This document shows, one piece after another, positions 40,101 to 54,575 of a DNA stretch of 64,000 nt. The translations under genes were made by a program, and so were the position numbers. The stretch is taken from the NCBI GenBank assembly GCA_037379345.1, contig CM074511.1, positions 36,896,862-36,960,861 on the forward strand, written 5' to 3'. The DNA comes from Perna viridis. Lineage: Eukaryota. The stretch's first letter is position 1; each line of letters starts with the position of its first letter. The notes below the pieces were generated by a model that was not told where the DNA came from, did no database searches, and saw only the letters and a list, made by a program, of their open reading frames with translations.

Positions 40101-43100
40101 TACAACAAAACCAGCCTGTAGACTCAAATCAAGGATTTCATTTAAAGGGGCACAAGAGCAGAAATTAACAGAGATCAATCGAGTGAGGCACTAATGTTTT
40201 GACTTGTAATATCTTTGCAATGAAAGGAGCATCCCCTGTATGTTCCTGATGGGTCTTCATAGAATGATCAGTACATGTATAAACTTATGACTTAACATTC
40301 ATAATTTCAATACAAAAAAACTTTTTTTCCAACAAACCCTTACCTCTTTCTAATACAACTACAATATCCCCAGCAACAACAGACAAGTTGACTACTATCT
40401 GAAAAGGCCCAATGGTTCACAATAGAATACCCTCCAATACCAATCAACATGCTGTTTTTCCATGTGCATTTGTCATATTCCATACATTTTATGTAAAATT
40501 CTGTCAATTTCTTCCCATTTCCATAAGATTTACAGAAGAAAGATCAGTAAGATATGCGAGTCTTTTTATTTTTCCCAAGATTTACTAGATTTTACCATAT
40601 TGCAGTGCCCTGAGAACAAACATTTCTGTAGATCTATAGGCGACTGTTTGGTTTGAAGGCTATTTGTCATACCTTTATCTCCATGCAGTTATTAGCTCTA
40701 TAATGTAGACCAATACCTCACATGATAGTATATTACAAAGAGGTCAATTGGAAAACTTCATAGTAATCAATCTATCAGAAATCTCATAGAAATCTAAGAT
40801 TTGACCAAGGTTGCATTTCCAGTGTTGCATGTTGATACGCACTTCTCATTTTATGGAGGTCTATTGTAGAAAAAGATTAGTCTTTATAAAAAGATTTATC
40901 TATTGCTTTAATCATTGATACACAAAAAATAAATTAATAACACTTGCAAATCTGCATCTGTTTGAAAAATCAATTCAATACATCATCCAATGTTTTGTAA
41001 TTAAAAGCTGCTTTTCATCACAGTCCATTAAATCAATGCAATTTGCTTGGAACTCCTACAAACTAAAACATGGAAACAAAAGCATCAAAGTAGAGATAAA
41101 CAAACAAAATACAAAAATAGAATTTAATATAATTCAAGACAACCCTAGAATGCCATGTCAAACATGGCAAGCTGTGTTTTTCAAGAACAGATGTTAGCAT
41201 ATTTTGATCATGAATTATAAATTCTTCCGTAAACACATTCCTATTCCCAATATAGAAAGCCTAAATTGAGGAGGGACAAATAATAAACTAATCAAACGCC
41301 CCTACAACTAATATGACCCATTCAGGACAAAGCAGCCATATTGAATTTGGTGCATTAATGGTCATTTGATAAAGTATGCTACAATTTCAGCACTGGCTAT
41401 TACTTTTTATTTGATTTCTACATCATAGAAATTTTCATGGATGGAAGGACATGACTTGATTGGAATGAATTAATAAAAGTAATGCCAAATACAGAAATTG
41501 AGAATTTATTGCAGAATCATTGCATCTCCATGACTACCACGATATCAGAATATTAAGGTTAGGAGTGAAAAGAATTGTCATCCATTATTCAAGATCTGGA
41601 CATCAAAATGTGAAAGCTACAAAACTACCTTCACAGGACTCTGTTGTCTGACTTAAGTACTTTTAAAACTGTTGAATGAAACATAACCACAGTTAAACGG
41701 ACAGGGGACCAACTATTGGACCACAGGTATACAATAAGGAAAAGGACCCTTAGGGAAAGTACAAATTGTCTACAATACCACCTTTTGATATGAAATTACA
41801 AATTGTCCAAAATAGTACCTTTTGATAACACTATGGTCACACAGTCTTTGGGACTTTAATGAATTGTTTCCACATGATTTTTGACACTGCCACCATTTTA
41901 AGAAAACACCAACACAGACAAGTAGGCGATAGTATACAATAATAATTTCTATATTCTTTGAGACTTTGATAGTATCTAATTGTACCTCCAATACCATCAT
42001 TGTCAACAGCATGTTTACATAAAATTGACTTGTACAAAATAAGGTTTTCATTGTCAGTTGGTGTACATCTAAATATTAAGTGGATCTGACAACCCCAATA
42101 CCTCATTTGACAAAGCAGCATAAGGGTAGATCTGTCAGTACTTATGGGTGGTTTAGAATGTTTTAAAAATACCAGTGTTAATAGTCTGTTAATAATTAGC
42201 AATTTCATGTTCTTTCCAACCTACAGCTTTTATCACATAAGGTACCTTTGAAATCAAATAAAAAATCCAGTGGTCACACAGGACCAAAAATCACTGAAAT
42301 TACATAACATACAGGATATAACATCTAAGGTAAATTTAATTAGAAGATCAAAGAAGCTGACAGGTGTAAGATAACAATAATTACAGGTAGACCACCAGCC
42401 ATTTACCACCACCAATTACATGGTTCAGAGAAACCAACAGCTACATATTTTCTTTGGCAAATAGGATGTAAACAGCCATTTTCTGTGTCACCAGATTTGT
42501 ACAGCAATAGTCTTAGTAGTGGCTTTTACCCTTTGCCCAACTTAGCAGTGATTTACTCAATATAAGCATAATAAAACAGAGTAAAAAACACCCACAGGTT
42601 GATGTCAACAAGACTAGTCATGACATTTGTAAATTAAATGAAATTTAAGATTTTACTCTCTGTTGATGCATGAATGTAGCAGTAAATTCAAAACCAACCC
42701 TGGTATTTATCAACATGCAATTTAAGTACGAAGCATTTTGTTTTGGGAAAGAGTCACATGATTTGAAAGGATCTTTCATTTCTCTACATTTGGCTAAAGC
42801 AATAAGAAAGTTAGTTTATAAGAAAGATTATATATACATTATTCTGTTTAGTACCCTGAAGCGTGGACAATAAATACCTGTTGAATCCTGTGAAATGTAC
42901 CCAAATTTGCGATTTATTAAACAAGTGATGTAATGAAACTGATGTAACTAAACAGAATTTTTTAGAAATCTTTTGTAAAGACTAAAATCAAAAGAGTCTG
43001 AAATGAGTCAAATACAGTACTTTAAGATCTGAGAAAATGCAATTTTAAATGCACAATTTACACTTACAACAATATTATAGAAATATATCCAAAACTTATA

Positions 43101-43461
43101 TTTCTTAATGAAACTCGAGTGGATCCAAAGTCAAATATTTTAAAAGGATTAATCTTCAAATCACTGGATATATCATTTTTGACTATGGTCCATGTGACCT
43201 TTTTTGTTGACATAACTATTTACCATATTACAAAATCAGGACATAAATATGGCTAGCCTGACCTTATGATACACAAATAACTTCATATCCTTAATGATAT
43301 TGCATTTGACTTACTATTTCTCTTATTTTTCTCTCCAAAATTTAAAGACTATGCCTATATATTGATTAACAGAGTAGAAATTACAGTCACAATAAGAGTT
43401 AACATAGTTCAATATATATGATAAATTTAAATTCAAAGATCTGATTCGTGGTATTGAAATA

Positions 43462-43638
43462 CAATGAAACCAGTCCAAACCAAACCCCTCTTAAACTGAG
43501 AAATTTGTTTGGTTTAGACAGGTCTTTGGTTTACACAGGTTCAAAAAGTATTTAATTTTATATGAAGAGACATCAGAAAGTGTTTGGTTTACACAGGTTA
43601 CCAGTTTATCTAGGGTTCAGTTTCCACAGGTTTCACTG
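43462..43638. mobile_element. Tc1/mariner-pogo-like MITE, same family
   Basis: TA|CAATGAAACCAGTC ... CAGGTTTCACTG with repeated GGTTTAGACAGG motifs. More decayed copies lie near 13745-13968 and 25900-26020. Confidence 0.6.
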
Positions 43639-44269
43639 CATAATAAATTTTAATTTCCATTTAGCATTACAAAATTTCAAAACTATATTCAGCTTTGAAA
43701 AAAAATACCTTCAGGAATCTCATTTCTCTCCAATCACAAATCCAAGGCAAATTGCAGTTAAAGACTAGACAGTAATAATCCTATCCGTGTAAGGAATTAT
43801 ATCCCAATAATCTTCAATTTATCAAAACAACCTGTCAAATAACTGCTAAACTTGGTGTAGTGAATAGCCACAGATCCATGAATCATCAAGTTCCTGTGGA
43901 AAAGCAGGCATTGATCGGGAAGGATGCAGTAAGCCCAGAGCAAAAATTACACCGATTCCTTACAATGATGTATTTTAATGTCTATGAGAATTATATGACC
44001 TCTTGATCATGGTATTTGGGTTCCCTAACCATGGTAAGTTTATTTCCTAAGGAGAGGTAATTATCTTTATTGATCAATATCAAAGAATATTGAGTCAAAT
44101 ATAGTGTTAAACAAAGCATAACAGTGATGATAGGAAACTTTCTTTAATACCATTATTTCATATTGACCAGAAGCAGACCCTATATAAGATATATCGTGGC
44201 AATACAATGTATATGAAAGGCATAGAAGCAACAAGGGTCAGAACATGACTAGAAAAATAATGAATGTAT

Positions 44270-44560
44270 AAGGTTAAATGATTGATTGTATTTTTATATC
44301 CTATGGCTGATTTTAGGACATGAGCCCATAATGCTGTTATGCTGAACCAGATTAGAATGTGCTAACAGAATCAACAGCCTGCATGTCACCCTACTCAGAC
44401 ACATTATTCTAACTTCTATTGAAGCAATCATCACTCTATCTTTTATGGTGGGAAGTAGTGACAAACAATAAGCCTTTGGTAAGACTCAGTTGGGGATCAA
44501 ACCCATAACCACTGAGACTTCCACTCAAGGTGACCATGGTACCAAAACAATAGACCACCA
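44270..44560 (-). mobile_element. Decayed tRNA-derived SINE (bivalve Meta-SINE-like)
   Basis: TGATTGATTG tail, CATGTCACCCTACTCAGACACATTATTCT core and reverse B-box GGGATCAAACCC. Confidence 0.55.
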
Positions 44561-44612
44561 AGATGTTCAAGGGTTTGAAAGTTCTTTATTGAAATAAACA
44601 GCAAATAAGGCT

Positions 44613-44803
44613 GCAGTGTCATGGCAGAGTCTATAACTCTGGTGCAAGTGTCATGGCAGAGTCTATAACTCTGGTGGCAGTGTCATGGCAGAGTCTATAA
44701 CTCTGGTGCAAGTGTCATGGCAGAGTCTATAACTCTGGTGGCAGTGTCATGGCAGAGTCTATAACTCTGTTGGCAGTGTCATGGCAGAGTCTATAACTCT
44801 GGT
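44613..44803. repeat. 32-bp minisatellite, 6 copies
   Basis: GTGTCATGGCAGAGTCTATAACTCTG at 44616, 44648, 44680, 44712, 44744 and 44776. Confidence 0.95.
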
Positions 44804-46852
44804 AGTAACAATATTTGCTATATGCCCAAGATCAAATAGAGATCTCAGAAGTCATTACAAAAGGTCATATATTATCACAAACAATATTTCAATATCAATT
44901 TCTCATCCTGGGTTCCAAATTTATCCAGCAAATTCAATTATTTCTTGGACAACAGCAAACACAGCAATAAAGAAACAATTGTATTACAGAGCATAGAATT
45001 ATAAATCTCCAATGTAGGGTCACCATCAGGGCAGACTTAAAGATCACAGTCTATCCTGACCAAAGGCTGAATTGGTTTAATAAGTCCTAAGCACAGTCTC
45101 TTAATTAGCTCATTATGACATGAAAAAGAAATAGAGGTCAAATTGAAAACAAGCTCATTACTGCTAGTGAGCTGTCAGAGAAAATTCATCACAAAACCTT
45201 TAAATGTGATCAAAGGGTAAAAAAAAGGATTTTGAAAAGTATTTCAGTGCAGAAACTAATCAATTGACTTGCAGATAACTAATTATTGCATCAGTAAAAT
45301 CACTGTAAACTGATGGCTAAACCTTCTGTGTGGTAGCAATAGATTGCATTTTAAATATTATGCATGCTTTGTGTTTTAACTCATTTTTCTTGTCTCTTAT
45401 AAACAGATCTATTGTTTAAAGTTCACATCAATGAACAATGCCAAAAAGATAAAAAGTTTTGTGCAGTCATAAACATAACTTATCCTTGTTCTGAAATTTG
45501 GAAATATATTTACTTTTCAGATATCTACTGCACCAACTGGATGATTAACAAATCCAAGGCAATTGAAGTTGAGAAAAAACATAATAAGACAAGTTCAATA
45601 ACAGCACACCTAATATCTACTTAAGTATGCTTGGTACAGAATCTAGAAAGTTCAAGCATGACCAATACATTTGAAAAGCCATCTTCATAGGGACAAAGCA
45701 TCATGAATGGCTCTAAGTGACTTATGCAGTAAGGATGTTATTGTCTGAACTTTTTTACACATTATTTACACTTTTTTTTGCACAACATGTGTTATAGTAA
45801 GTCTCATGTATTTATCAGCATACAGATAGCAGCTTCCATTATAGACCTAATTCATATAAGAATACCAGTAAATACTTCAGTAAAATCTCCACTTAGAGTT
45901 AATACTGAGAAAAGACATAAATACATGCTTTCCAGTATGTATAAATGCTCCCTCAATCAGCTGACATTTAAAAGCTTCATGAAAAACCTATCCACAAGAT
46001 ATGATTGTGGACAGACAGATGGACAGGCTGAAATGCATATGCCCCCAGCTCAATTTGCATATAAAATAGAAACCTTAATACAACTATTACACAACATTAC
46101 TGTTCCAATTACTTTACAAATATCCTGCTTGTACTTTTTCAAAAATATTCATACCTTGTGAAAATATTCAAATATGGCTATCTTAATTTGTCACATTAAA
46201 TCATATGAGAGCTGTTTAATAGCACAATATGAGGTTTATGGCCATAGATGTTTACAAATATTTACCCACAGTGTTGACCAAGCAGCAGGCTGAACACACA
46301 AAATCATTACCAATTATTGGTTCTCGATAGGTCATTGTTACACAAAATAAACATCATCAATGCTTACCAATAATCTATAGAGTTCTGAACTTATAAACCC
46401 TCTTTGGGTAAAATACATAAGAAAAAATTTCTAATGAGATCAAATTTTTAAAAGAGTTCCAGTCAACATTTTGTCACAAGTGAGCTATAAACCTGGTAAA
46501 ACCCATAATTCCTATCAGAAATGCCCATGTTAGGTAGGACCACAGCAGTGGTTTCAAACTTTATGGTTTTTACCCCGATATGGCCATTTGTCATACAGAC
46601 ATTCCTTTTGACTAATACCTAGATTTTATCAGTTCAGTGATTTGGTTATTACCCTTCATCTAAACCTCAGAATTCTTATGCTGCAATATTAAAAGCACAA
46701 GAAATAACTGACCCCTTCTTTTTGGCACTAAAAGTCTAAAACTAAGATAGGAGGCCTTTTGTACTCAAAACATATCTGTTGAAAGATAGGTCTAGTAATA
46801 AAGGGACATAACACAATGGTAATGTTGAATGCTAGCACCATTGCTTCAAGGT

Positions 46853-47026
46853 CAGGGGTAGATCCAGATACTTTGAAAAGGATCGGTGCCCATTGTAGTT
46901 CCTAAGAAAAAGAGGGTGCTAGGACATTATTTGCCATGTTTATTAATTTGAAAAATGACAAATTTAAAAAAAAAAAAAAAAAAACGGGGGGAGCCAACCC
47001 CCTGCGCCATTCTGGATCCACTACTG
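46853..47026. mobile_element. MITE with decayed 15-bp TIR and 5-bp TSD (AAGGT)
   Basis: AAGGT|CAGGGGTAGATCCAG ... CTGGATCCACTACTG|AAGGT. Confidence 0.8.
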
Positions 47027-50000
47027 AAGGTTAAAACAAAACATTTCTGATGTAAGCCACCTTAAAACCATCTTTAATCATCTGCAACTTAGTAATTTAG
47101 AAACACTAAATACCTCCATAAAATAGGACAAATAATTGAATTCAAAATAATTCATACGAATTAGATATGTGGATGGTTTGAGAAGAATGAGAATTATTGA
47201 GAGATAAGAGAGTGTGGACAGGTGCTAATGGTAATTTATAAATTACTAAAAACCTAAGGGATAAGTGTTCCACTCAAAACTTCTCATATAAATGAATACT
47301 TCACCTGACCATGACTTACCGTTATGTAATTTGGCTTTAGATTTATAGACTAAACTTGAAGCTAATAACTTAAATATCTATTTATTGGAGGAAGAAATTT
47401 TCAATAAAGTACATTAATTGGCAAACTAACTTTATCATGAGCCGCACATCTGAGGTCAGAGGTCACATTTCCTATCCACAGAATTACATGTAAAAGTTCA
47501 TTTCTTATAAATGTACATTCTTTACAGCAAGCAAGTCTTTTCCCTTTTTTCTATTAAAAGGCATTGATTTATTGAATTATGACTTTTCTTTACTAAGCAC
47601 TTCCTAATTAAATGTAGCAAAAAGATCATATTTGTCTTAGAAAGCAGCTATATCAATATGGTAAATAGGGAAAGAGAGGTGGTGCATACAAACATGCTAC
47701 AAATCTCTCTAAAAAATTACCAAAAAAAATAAATAAATAAATAAACTTCAAACCAACACTACCAAATGTTTATTTACTGCCAAACTTCAGTACAGGAGAA
47801 GAATGGTAAATAGTTAACAGTATAACTTCATATTTGTGGCATGTCTATTGCTGTGCTGAATTAATACCAGATAATCAAATGACATAATACATTTTTTTTT
47901 TCAATGAGAACATGAGTATTGGTATATCATAACTGTACAATCAACATCTAACAGTAACCATACATTTAAACCTACTGACATAAGTAAATGTTGCATATCA
48001 AACCATTTTTGTACTAAATTGACTATAGATCTATCTGTGATATAATATTATTTTAGAGTTATCTAATCTTGATTGGGTTATCTGATCTTGATTCTCCAGA
48101 GATAGAATAGCAAATTGTCCAGTAGAATGGAAATTGACCCATCAAAGTTGGTATTACTTCTGACAGATGGTTGATAGGCTGAAACAATTACATGCATTCC
48201 AATCATGTATATTATGTAGGAGATATTTACAGTTATGAGTAATTAGCTTAGATATGATGCAGTACTGAGGCTCACAAGTTCCTGATAAGGCACCTGTGCT
48301 GCACAAGTCAAGTGCAACTTTAAAGTCCAGAATTAGCCAATAATGAAATACAATCAGACGTTTCCCTAACACAGTTATCTTAGTCTGGCCATTTGTTGCA
48401 TCTGATCAACATCTTTCTCTTATTCTCTGAACATCCAGAAAATATCTACCTCAAATCCCCAAACATCCGGCAAATATCTATTAGGAGACTAAATGATATA
48501 AATCTGACATTCAAGATCTTAATTTTGAAAAGACTGACCATGCCTTATGATAAGATTTATCCCAGAGAGACTTCATTCTAATGAAGAAAAGCATGGCATA
48601 GAATACATATTCCATTGCCTTTTGCTTATTTTTTCTTACTGTGACTGTCATCCTGAATTGCTTTCAAATTTAGACATTTTGTACCTGTAATTTAGTTACT
48701 TTGCACAAATGCATCATAAAGGTATCTACAAATTTAAGGGTTCTCTAAAAAGGAAAGTTATAAATCATTCTTTCTGTGAATGTTGAAAATACACTTAAAA
48801 ATCTAAAAATTGGATCTCCCGTAATAATAAAACCTATTATTTAAAATTTACAGTGGAGATTTATGGGTTGCCTTTCATATTACTTTTTTTCAGAATAAGG
48901 TCTAAATAGGTAAATCTATGAATGGTCTTGTTTAACTTAGATAAAAGATTTATTTAACAGCCAGAGTTAAAATGTTAATAAGATTACTTCAACATAAAAT
49001 GCTTACATCAATCAATAAAATATAATCAATAATAAAATTCTGTGCATAGAAATTTACAGATTTCCTTCTATTAAAAAAATTCATAAACTAGTTCTATAAT
49101 AAAAATGAAATTAAAAATAAATAAAATTCTGACAAGAACAAATACACTCACCTCTACTTATCAGAGAAATATATTCCTTAAATGCCCAACAAAACCCTAG
49201 GTGTTCAATATTTATTTACAGAAAGGTAAACATGAGGTGTAGAAAACATTTGTACCCTTTAAATCACACAGAATGATATCCTGTGCCTTTATCCAATGGA
49301 CAGAAACAACTTAGGCTAATCCTCTGCCTGTTAAAGGGGTGATATGACAAATGGTTATAACACAGCTGAGACTCCACATGTCATTACAGAGGGGGTGATA
49401 ATGATACCAGTTCACTGGCTGGTGTCTCTTCTATTAATTACACACCCGAGACCTATTCCATCTCTCTGTCGTTATTTACCTGCTAATGTTTGATTGGAAA
49501 AGTATGTCCAGTTCATAAACTGCTATAGGTAATTAAGTCTGGATTAATGTAAATAGACATATGGATTTGAATAAAACATCCATTTGAAATTATAAATTCA
49601 TAAATTTGAAATAATATGAGGGCCTAATTTCATAAAAAATCTTGAATTGAATTTTTTCTCAAACCATTCCTTGACTCAAATACTTATGAATCAGATAGAT
49701 GGCTTCAAATTGAAGATTGAAGGAAAAACTCACAAATTAAAGGAAATTCTTAATCAGAGATTTTTTTTACTAGTATACTAAGGCTTCACTTTATACCAAG
49801 ATGATCCTAGGAATCTTCAAATAGCTAAACGACTTTAATTCCAATCTAAAACTGAGCCTTAAATGATGAGAAATGAAATGCTCATACCAAAAAATCAAAG
49901 TGCCCACTAACCAGGATATCATTAGAGCATATTACAGTTACAAGGTTGGCAATAAAGCAACCCAGTCTTAATATTAAACAAAGATTTATTGTATACATAC

Positions 50001-51622
50001 TTGACTTTCTATCATTTCATGTGTTACAAACTTTTAAAATTTACAATAAATCCTTAAAATAAACTGTTATGAGATTTATGACATTGCATATAGTAGTAAA
50101 AATATTATAAGTAAAATTTCAACCTAATTGGAACATTTTAATAGTCATCATGCCAGATGGTGAAGTTTTAAAAAAAATCCTTGCAAAAGACTCTTAAACT
50201 TAAAAGTGTTGATTTAGTCAAGCTTACAAAAAAAGGTAAATCTGAGATATATTTTAAATATTGTGACAGTCTAAAAATATTGTATTAATCCCTAATATGC
50301 TTATACATTTTTCTACAATATTATACAAAATTAATCCTTCTTAAGTGTAACAAGGCAAAAATATTTAATCTGGTCCCCTTTAAAGGTTAAAATTCTTATC
50401 ACCTTTACAGAGTATATTGAACTAGGACATTCAGTAAATTCTCATTTATATTATTTTACTTTAATTTCAAGATTGCAATAAAAGCTGCCTTTAAATTTTA
50501 ATTTCTTCTAGAATTTATTTTCTAAGTTACATAGTGTTATGGGTTATTAGAATATGAACTCATACATGAAAAAAATCCATTTTAAATTTCAATAAGCTCT
50601 TTCTTCTATCTTTTCACAATGTTAAAAGCATTTTTTTTGGTATTAGTATAAAATATACAATCAGTAATATCACAAATTCCCACTATGTACTCATGGTAAA
50701 AAAAAACCAGTAATTTTTGAGTCAATATGAAATAGATAATAAAATTGTACTGATGAGAAACACACCACTTAAAGTCAAAACTCAGAAGATTAATTAACAG
50801 TATATAAAAGTTTCAAAAGTTCACACCCAATGCAGAACATTGGTGTAAAAAAGAAATGGACAAAAGTAGCACTGGCTTGTTGTAGATGAAGACTAACAGT
50901 ACTTAATAGAAATAAAGCCAATGCTTATATGGTAAGCCAAGAGAATTTTTATGGTGTATCCTAGGGGAATGAATGGGGTTGCCCTCACTTCAAAGGTTGT
51001 CAGGCCATTATAGTCAAACCTGGCTACAGACTATAGTGGGCCAAGGAGTGGGGAGCCACACTATGCATGTATATGTCCCTGTATGTAAATTTCAGAGCAG
51101 GCACCATGGGGTCCAACAGATGGCAAGATACTTTACCTGTTTTATCAAATTTATTGTGGCAGGTTAAATTATGCTTTTCCTTGAATCCCATCCCATCTCC
51201 AGTTCAATTTCTGTTCCAAATTGATTTTTGTATAAACAACTTAATCTTGTCCTGATTATGCACGAAATATTTGGACCAGACATTATACAAACAACAATCA
51301 ATCAATCAAAAGTTCACATTATGAAGTACAATAGTATTTCAATGACGTCAATTCATCCCAGAAATTTGAGCTTGAGGAGGTACAGACAGAGAGACTAATT
51401 AATCAGAATGGTGGGCACAGTAAATACTATGCTGTAGGACATATTTTGTACATATATAATTATTTAAATCTTTTAAAATGAATACAAATTTTATTGTTTT
51501 ATCATGGATTTTCCAAATGGGAGGTGGCAATACAAAATATTTGCTGTGCAAGGTTTTGTCCAACAGTACTGAGTAGGGAGTCACATTAGGCATGACCAGC
51601 ATGAACCTGTCCCTAGCTTTAA

Positions 51623-52003
51623 GTGTCGATCTCTGTAAGAATCAGGCAGTGGGTGAAACATGGCAGGAACACCACCACCATTTTGAAAGTTTGATTTGAC
51701 GATTGGCACCATCAGAATCAAGGAAAAAAAGATGTTCCATATCACTAATTTAAATCGTGATATAATTTTATTGAAATGCATTGAAAGTGAACATTTCAAG
51801 GGCAGATAACTCTGTCAAAAACCTCGTTTTTCTAACATTAAATTGAAAAATTTCTGAGCAAATCCATTGATACAGATAACTGATACAGTCTTTTTAAATA
51901 GGAAAAGCACCCTTGTGTGAAATTATATTGTCAGATTGGTGAGTTTTTGACATGCATGTTTCTGATTTTACCCATTTTGCCTGATTCTTACTAAAACTTG
52001 CAT
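51623..52003. mobile_element. TTAA-flanked TIR element related to families A and B
   Basis: TTAA at 51619-51622 and 52004-52007; perfect 14-bp subterminal inverted repeat GTAAGAATCAGGCA at 51635-51648 / 51978-51991. Confidence 0.7.
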
Positions 52004-53214
52004 TTAAGAATCGTTTGTACACCTTTGCTTCCTGTCAACAAGAGCTTGTCATCCAGCACGTCTTGCTCCAATTTGAGTGGTGCCTACTCCAGTAAATATC
52101 AAGATATTTTAAACCAAATATAGCTTAATAGCATTCTCCCACATCTCTCAATTTACTATCAACTCTGTTTTAAAAGTTTTCAACTTACTATACACAAATG
52201 TGTTATAATATAAACTTGGGAAAGAGTTATATAAGCAGGTGTGAACCATAATAACCAAGGTTTGAAACATGACCATTGAAAAAAAAATAGAACAATCTGC
52301 AGTTTATAAAATTTGATACAAAAATTAACACATTTGTCAAGCAAAGTAATATAGAATCCAAAATCTTCTGACATTTCACAAAATGTTATATCAAGAAACA
52401 TATTTTTAACATTTGTTAAAAATTTAAAGGGACACTTGGATTTCACTTATAAATCAATTCCTAACTAAGTATCAAATTATTCCAATATGCATCCTATTTG
52501 AACATGGAAATAAAGATTTGTGAGAAATCTACAGTATCTGAGATTTTTTATACAGAGTGAAACTTTCTATGAAGACTAACATTGGGCATTGTACCACAAT
52601 CTTTCAAGGCATTTCTGAATTATTGTAGAATCTACAGACAGATAGATGGACAAGAGTATATCTTAATAAGTCCACCATGTCAAATGGGAAGAAATTTTTT
52701 GCCACATCTGTGCTTTAAAGATTCAAATATCACATAAATTTCCTAAAAAATTTAATCTCTATGACATAAATCATTACTGAACAAATGTGTACTAGCAACA
52801 GTTGGCTTTCGAGTGAATAGCTAAAATCTATTGAGTAAAACTACTCAGAAATACTACCCCAGATCTAATACATCCTAATGAGTCTCTAACTACAGTAAAT
52901 TATGTACTATTCTAGATTGGGAGATAAAATCAATAGGGATCAGAATACAGCTACCTTTAACTGCAATTTGACAAAGGACACAGTACAGTAAGCCCAAAAT
53001 TCATTTCAGATGCTGACAAATTTCTGGTGTGAAAGCACTTTCTTGTTGATATTAATTTTTGTGGATCATAAAATTAAAATTTCTAGTATTTTAAATGAAA
53101 GGATATAATTAATGCACGAAAATGCATCATTAGAAATTTTACATGTCATTTGAAACATTAATGTATGGTTTGGAAATACCATGAAAATACAAATAAAACG
53201 CTTTTCAGGGCAAA

Positions 53215-53950
53215 ACTTAATATTATCACAGAGAGAAACCATAACCAGTTGGGGCAAGTATGGACACACCATTCAAAAATACAGCTATGATTTTTTATTG
53301 TGGTTGGACATTTAACACAGATAAGAATTTAAACCATTTTGGCCCCTAATTCCTAAATGGGTCCAGTCACAACCTCCATAATCGATCCAACCTTCTTTAG
53401 GGGGTCTGGTACTTCAGTTAAGAAAACAGAGATACACACCCTTTTACAAAAAAATCTTGATTCTGGCCCCTTTGTGGCCCCTAATATTTAATTGGTTCAA
53501 GTCACAACCCCAAAAATCAATCCTAGTCTCCTTTCGAGGTATGTTACCTGTAGTAAATTTAAAAGATTACACAAGTTATTGTCTGGGCATCAGGAAAATG
53601 CTTGTTTCAGGCTTCTTTTTGGCCCTGTATTTCTAAACAATTCAAGTATTAGCTTAAAAAATCAGTCTAAGCCTCACCTTTGTGGCAACGAATATTGTGA
53701 AGCAATATCATAAACATCCATATATGCTTTTACTGGAGTTATACAGTTAAATTCTAAGAGTTCCAAGTTTTGGGCCAAAACCCAAAATCAATATCAGCCT
53801 ACTCTTTGTGGTTTGGAACCTTGTATAAAATTTTATAAATATCAACCAACTAATTTTCATGCAATGGCACCAAAAAAATGTCTACAGACAACAACATGGG
53901 AGACAGTGACAAGCCATTATACAACTGCTATTTTTTTTGCAGCTGTATAA
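53215..53950. repeat. Decayed HINE-like element with about 4 tandem core repeats of roughly 140 bp
   Basis: TGGCCCC-TAATT-CCTAAA and AAAATCAATCC motifs recur at about 53340, 53475, 53620 and 53770. Confidence 0.45.
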
Positions 53951-54575
53951 AAATTGGTATACCATGAACATTATTGATACAATGTATATCAATAAGTTTC
54001 CTTATTTCAAAGATGTCTCCAACAGCATTAGATACAGACAATATGCTGTCCAAGTGAAAATAAATAAACATTAAAAGAAGACAAACATCATACAAGAAGG
54101 AAAATGAGCACAACATTAGAAGCAAAAATATTAACACTTAACTTACTTCATTACTAGATAACAGTCTCCATAGAACATGTAAACCACTAATTATGGCCAA
54201 ACATATCATCCAAACAAATTCGCAGATATTTGGTGCATCAGTCATTTTTAATTAGTACAGTTAATTAAGTGGTCATCTATCATTATATTTTCCTAATTGA
54301 CAAGCAAAAATGCAAATCTTATCATTAAATGACTTCGGATTGTTGAAAAAAACAAGGTGTTGCACACTGCATTGTGCTAAGAATATCCCCACATAACCAT
54401 TCCAGTTATATTTTTGAAGAAAAGAACCACTTTTTCCATAACCACAATTACCCCCAAAAAATGATCTGTAAAAATTACAATGTTCTACAAATATCTAAGC
54501 ATTTCCTCTATGATAGAAGCTAGGAAATATGTTGCAGAACAGTTAACAGATGGACTGACAGACAGATGGACATTG

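Noticed and set aside
44613-44803. CRISPR-like array of palindromic 32-bp repeats
   Set aside because: No unique spacers, no cas genes and a eukaryotic intron context; it is a minisatellite. The same applies to 32717-32873 and 62374-62545.
13321-49152. Many isolated minus-strand donor motifs (near 13325, 20282, 22611, 24670, 28993, 37206, 40343, 49151) as an array of alternative first exons
   Set aside because: Several such hexamers are expected by chance in 50 kb of this composition; they cannot be supported without transcript data.
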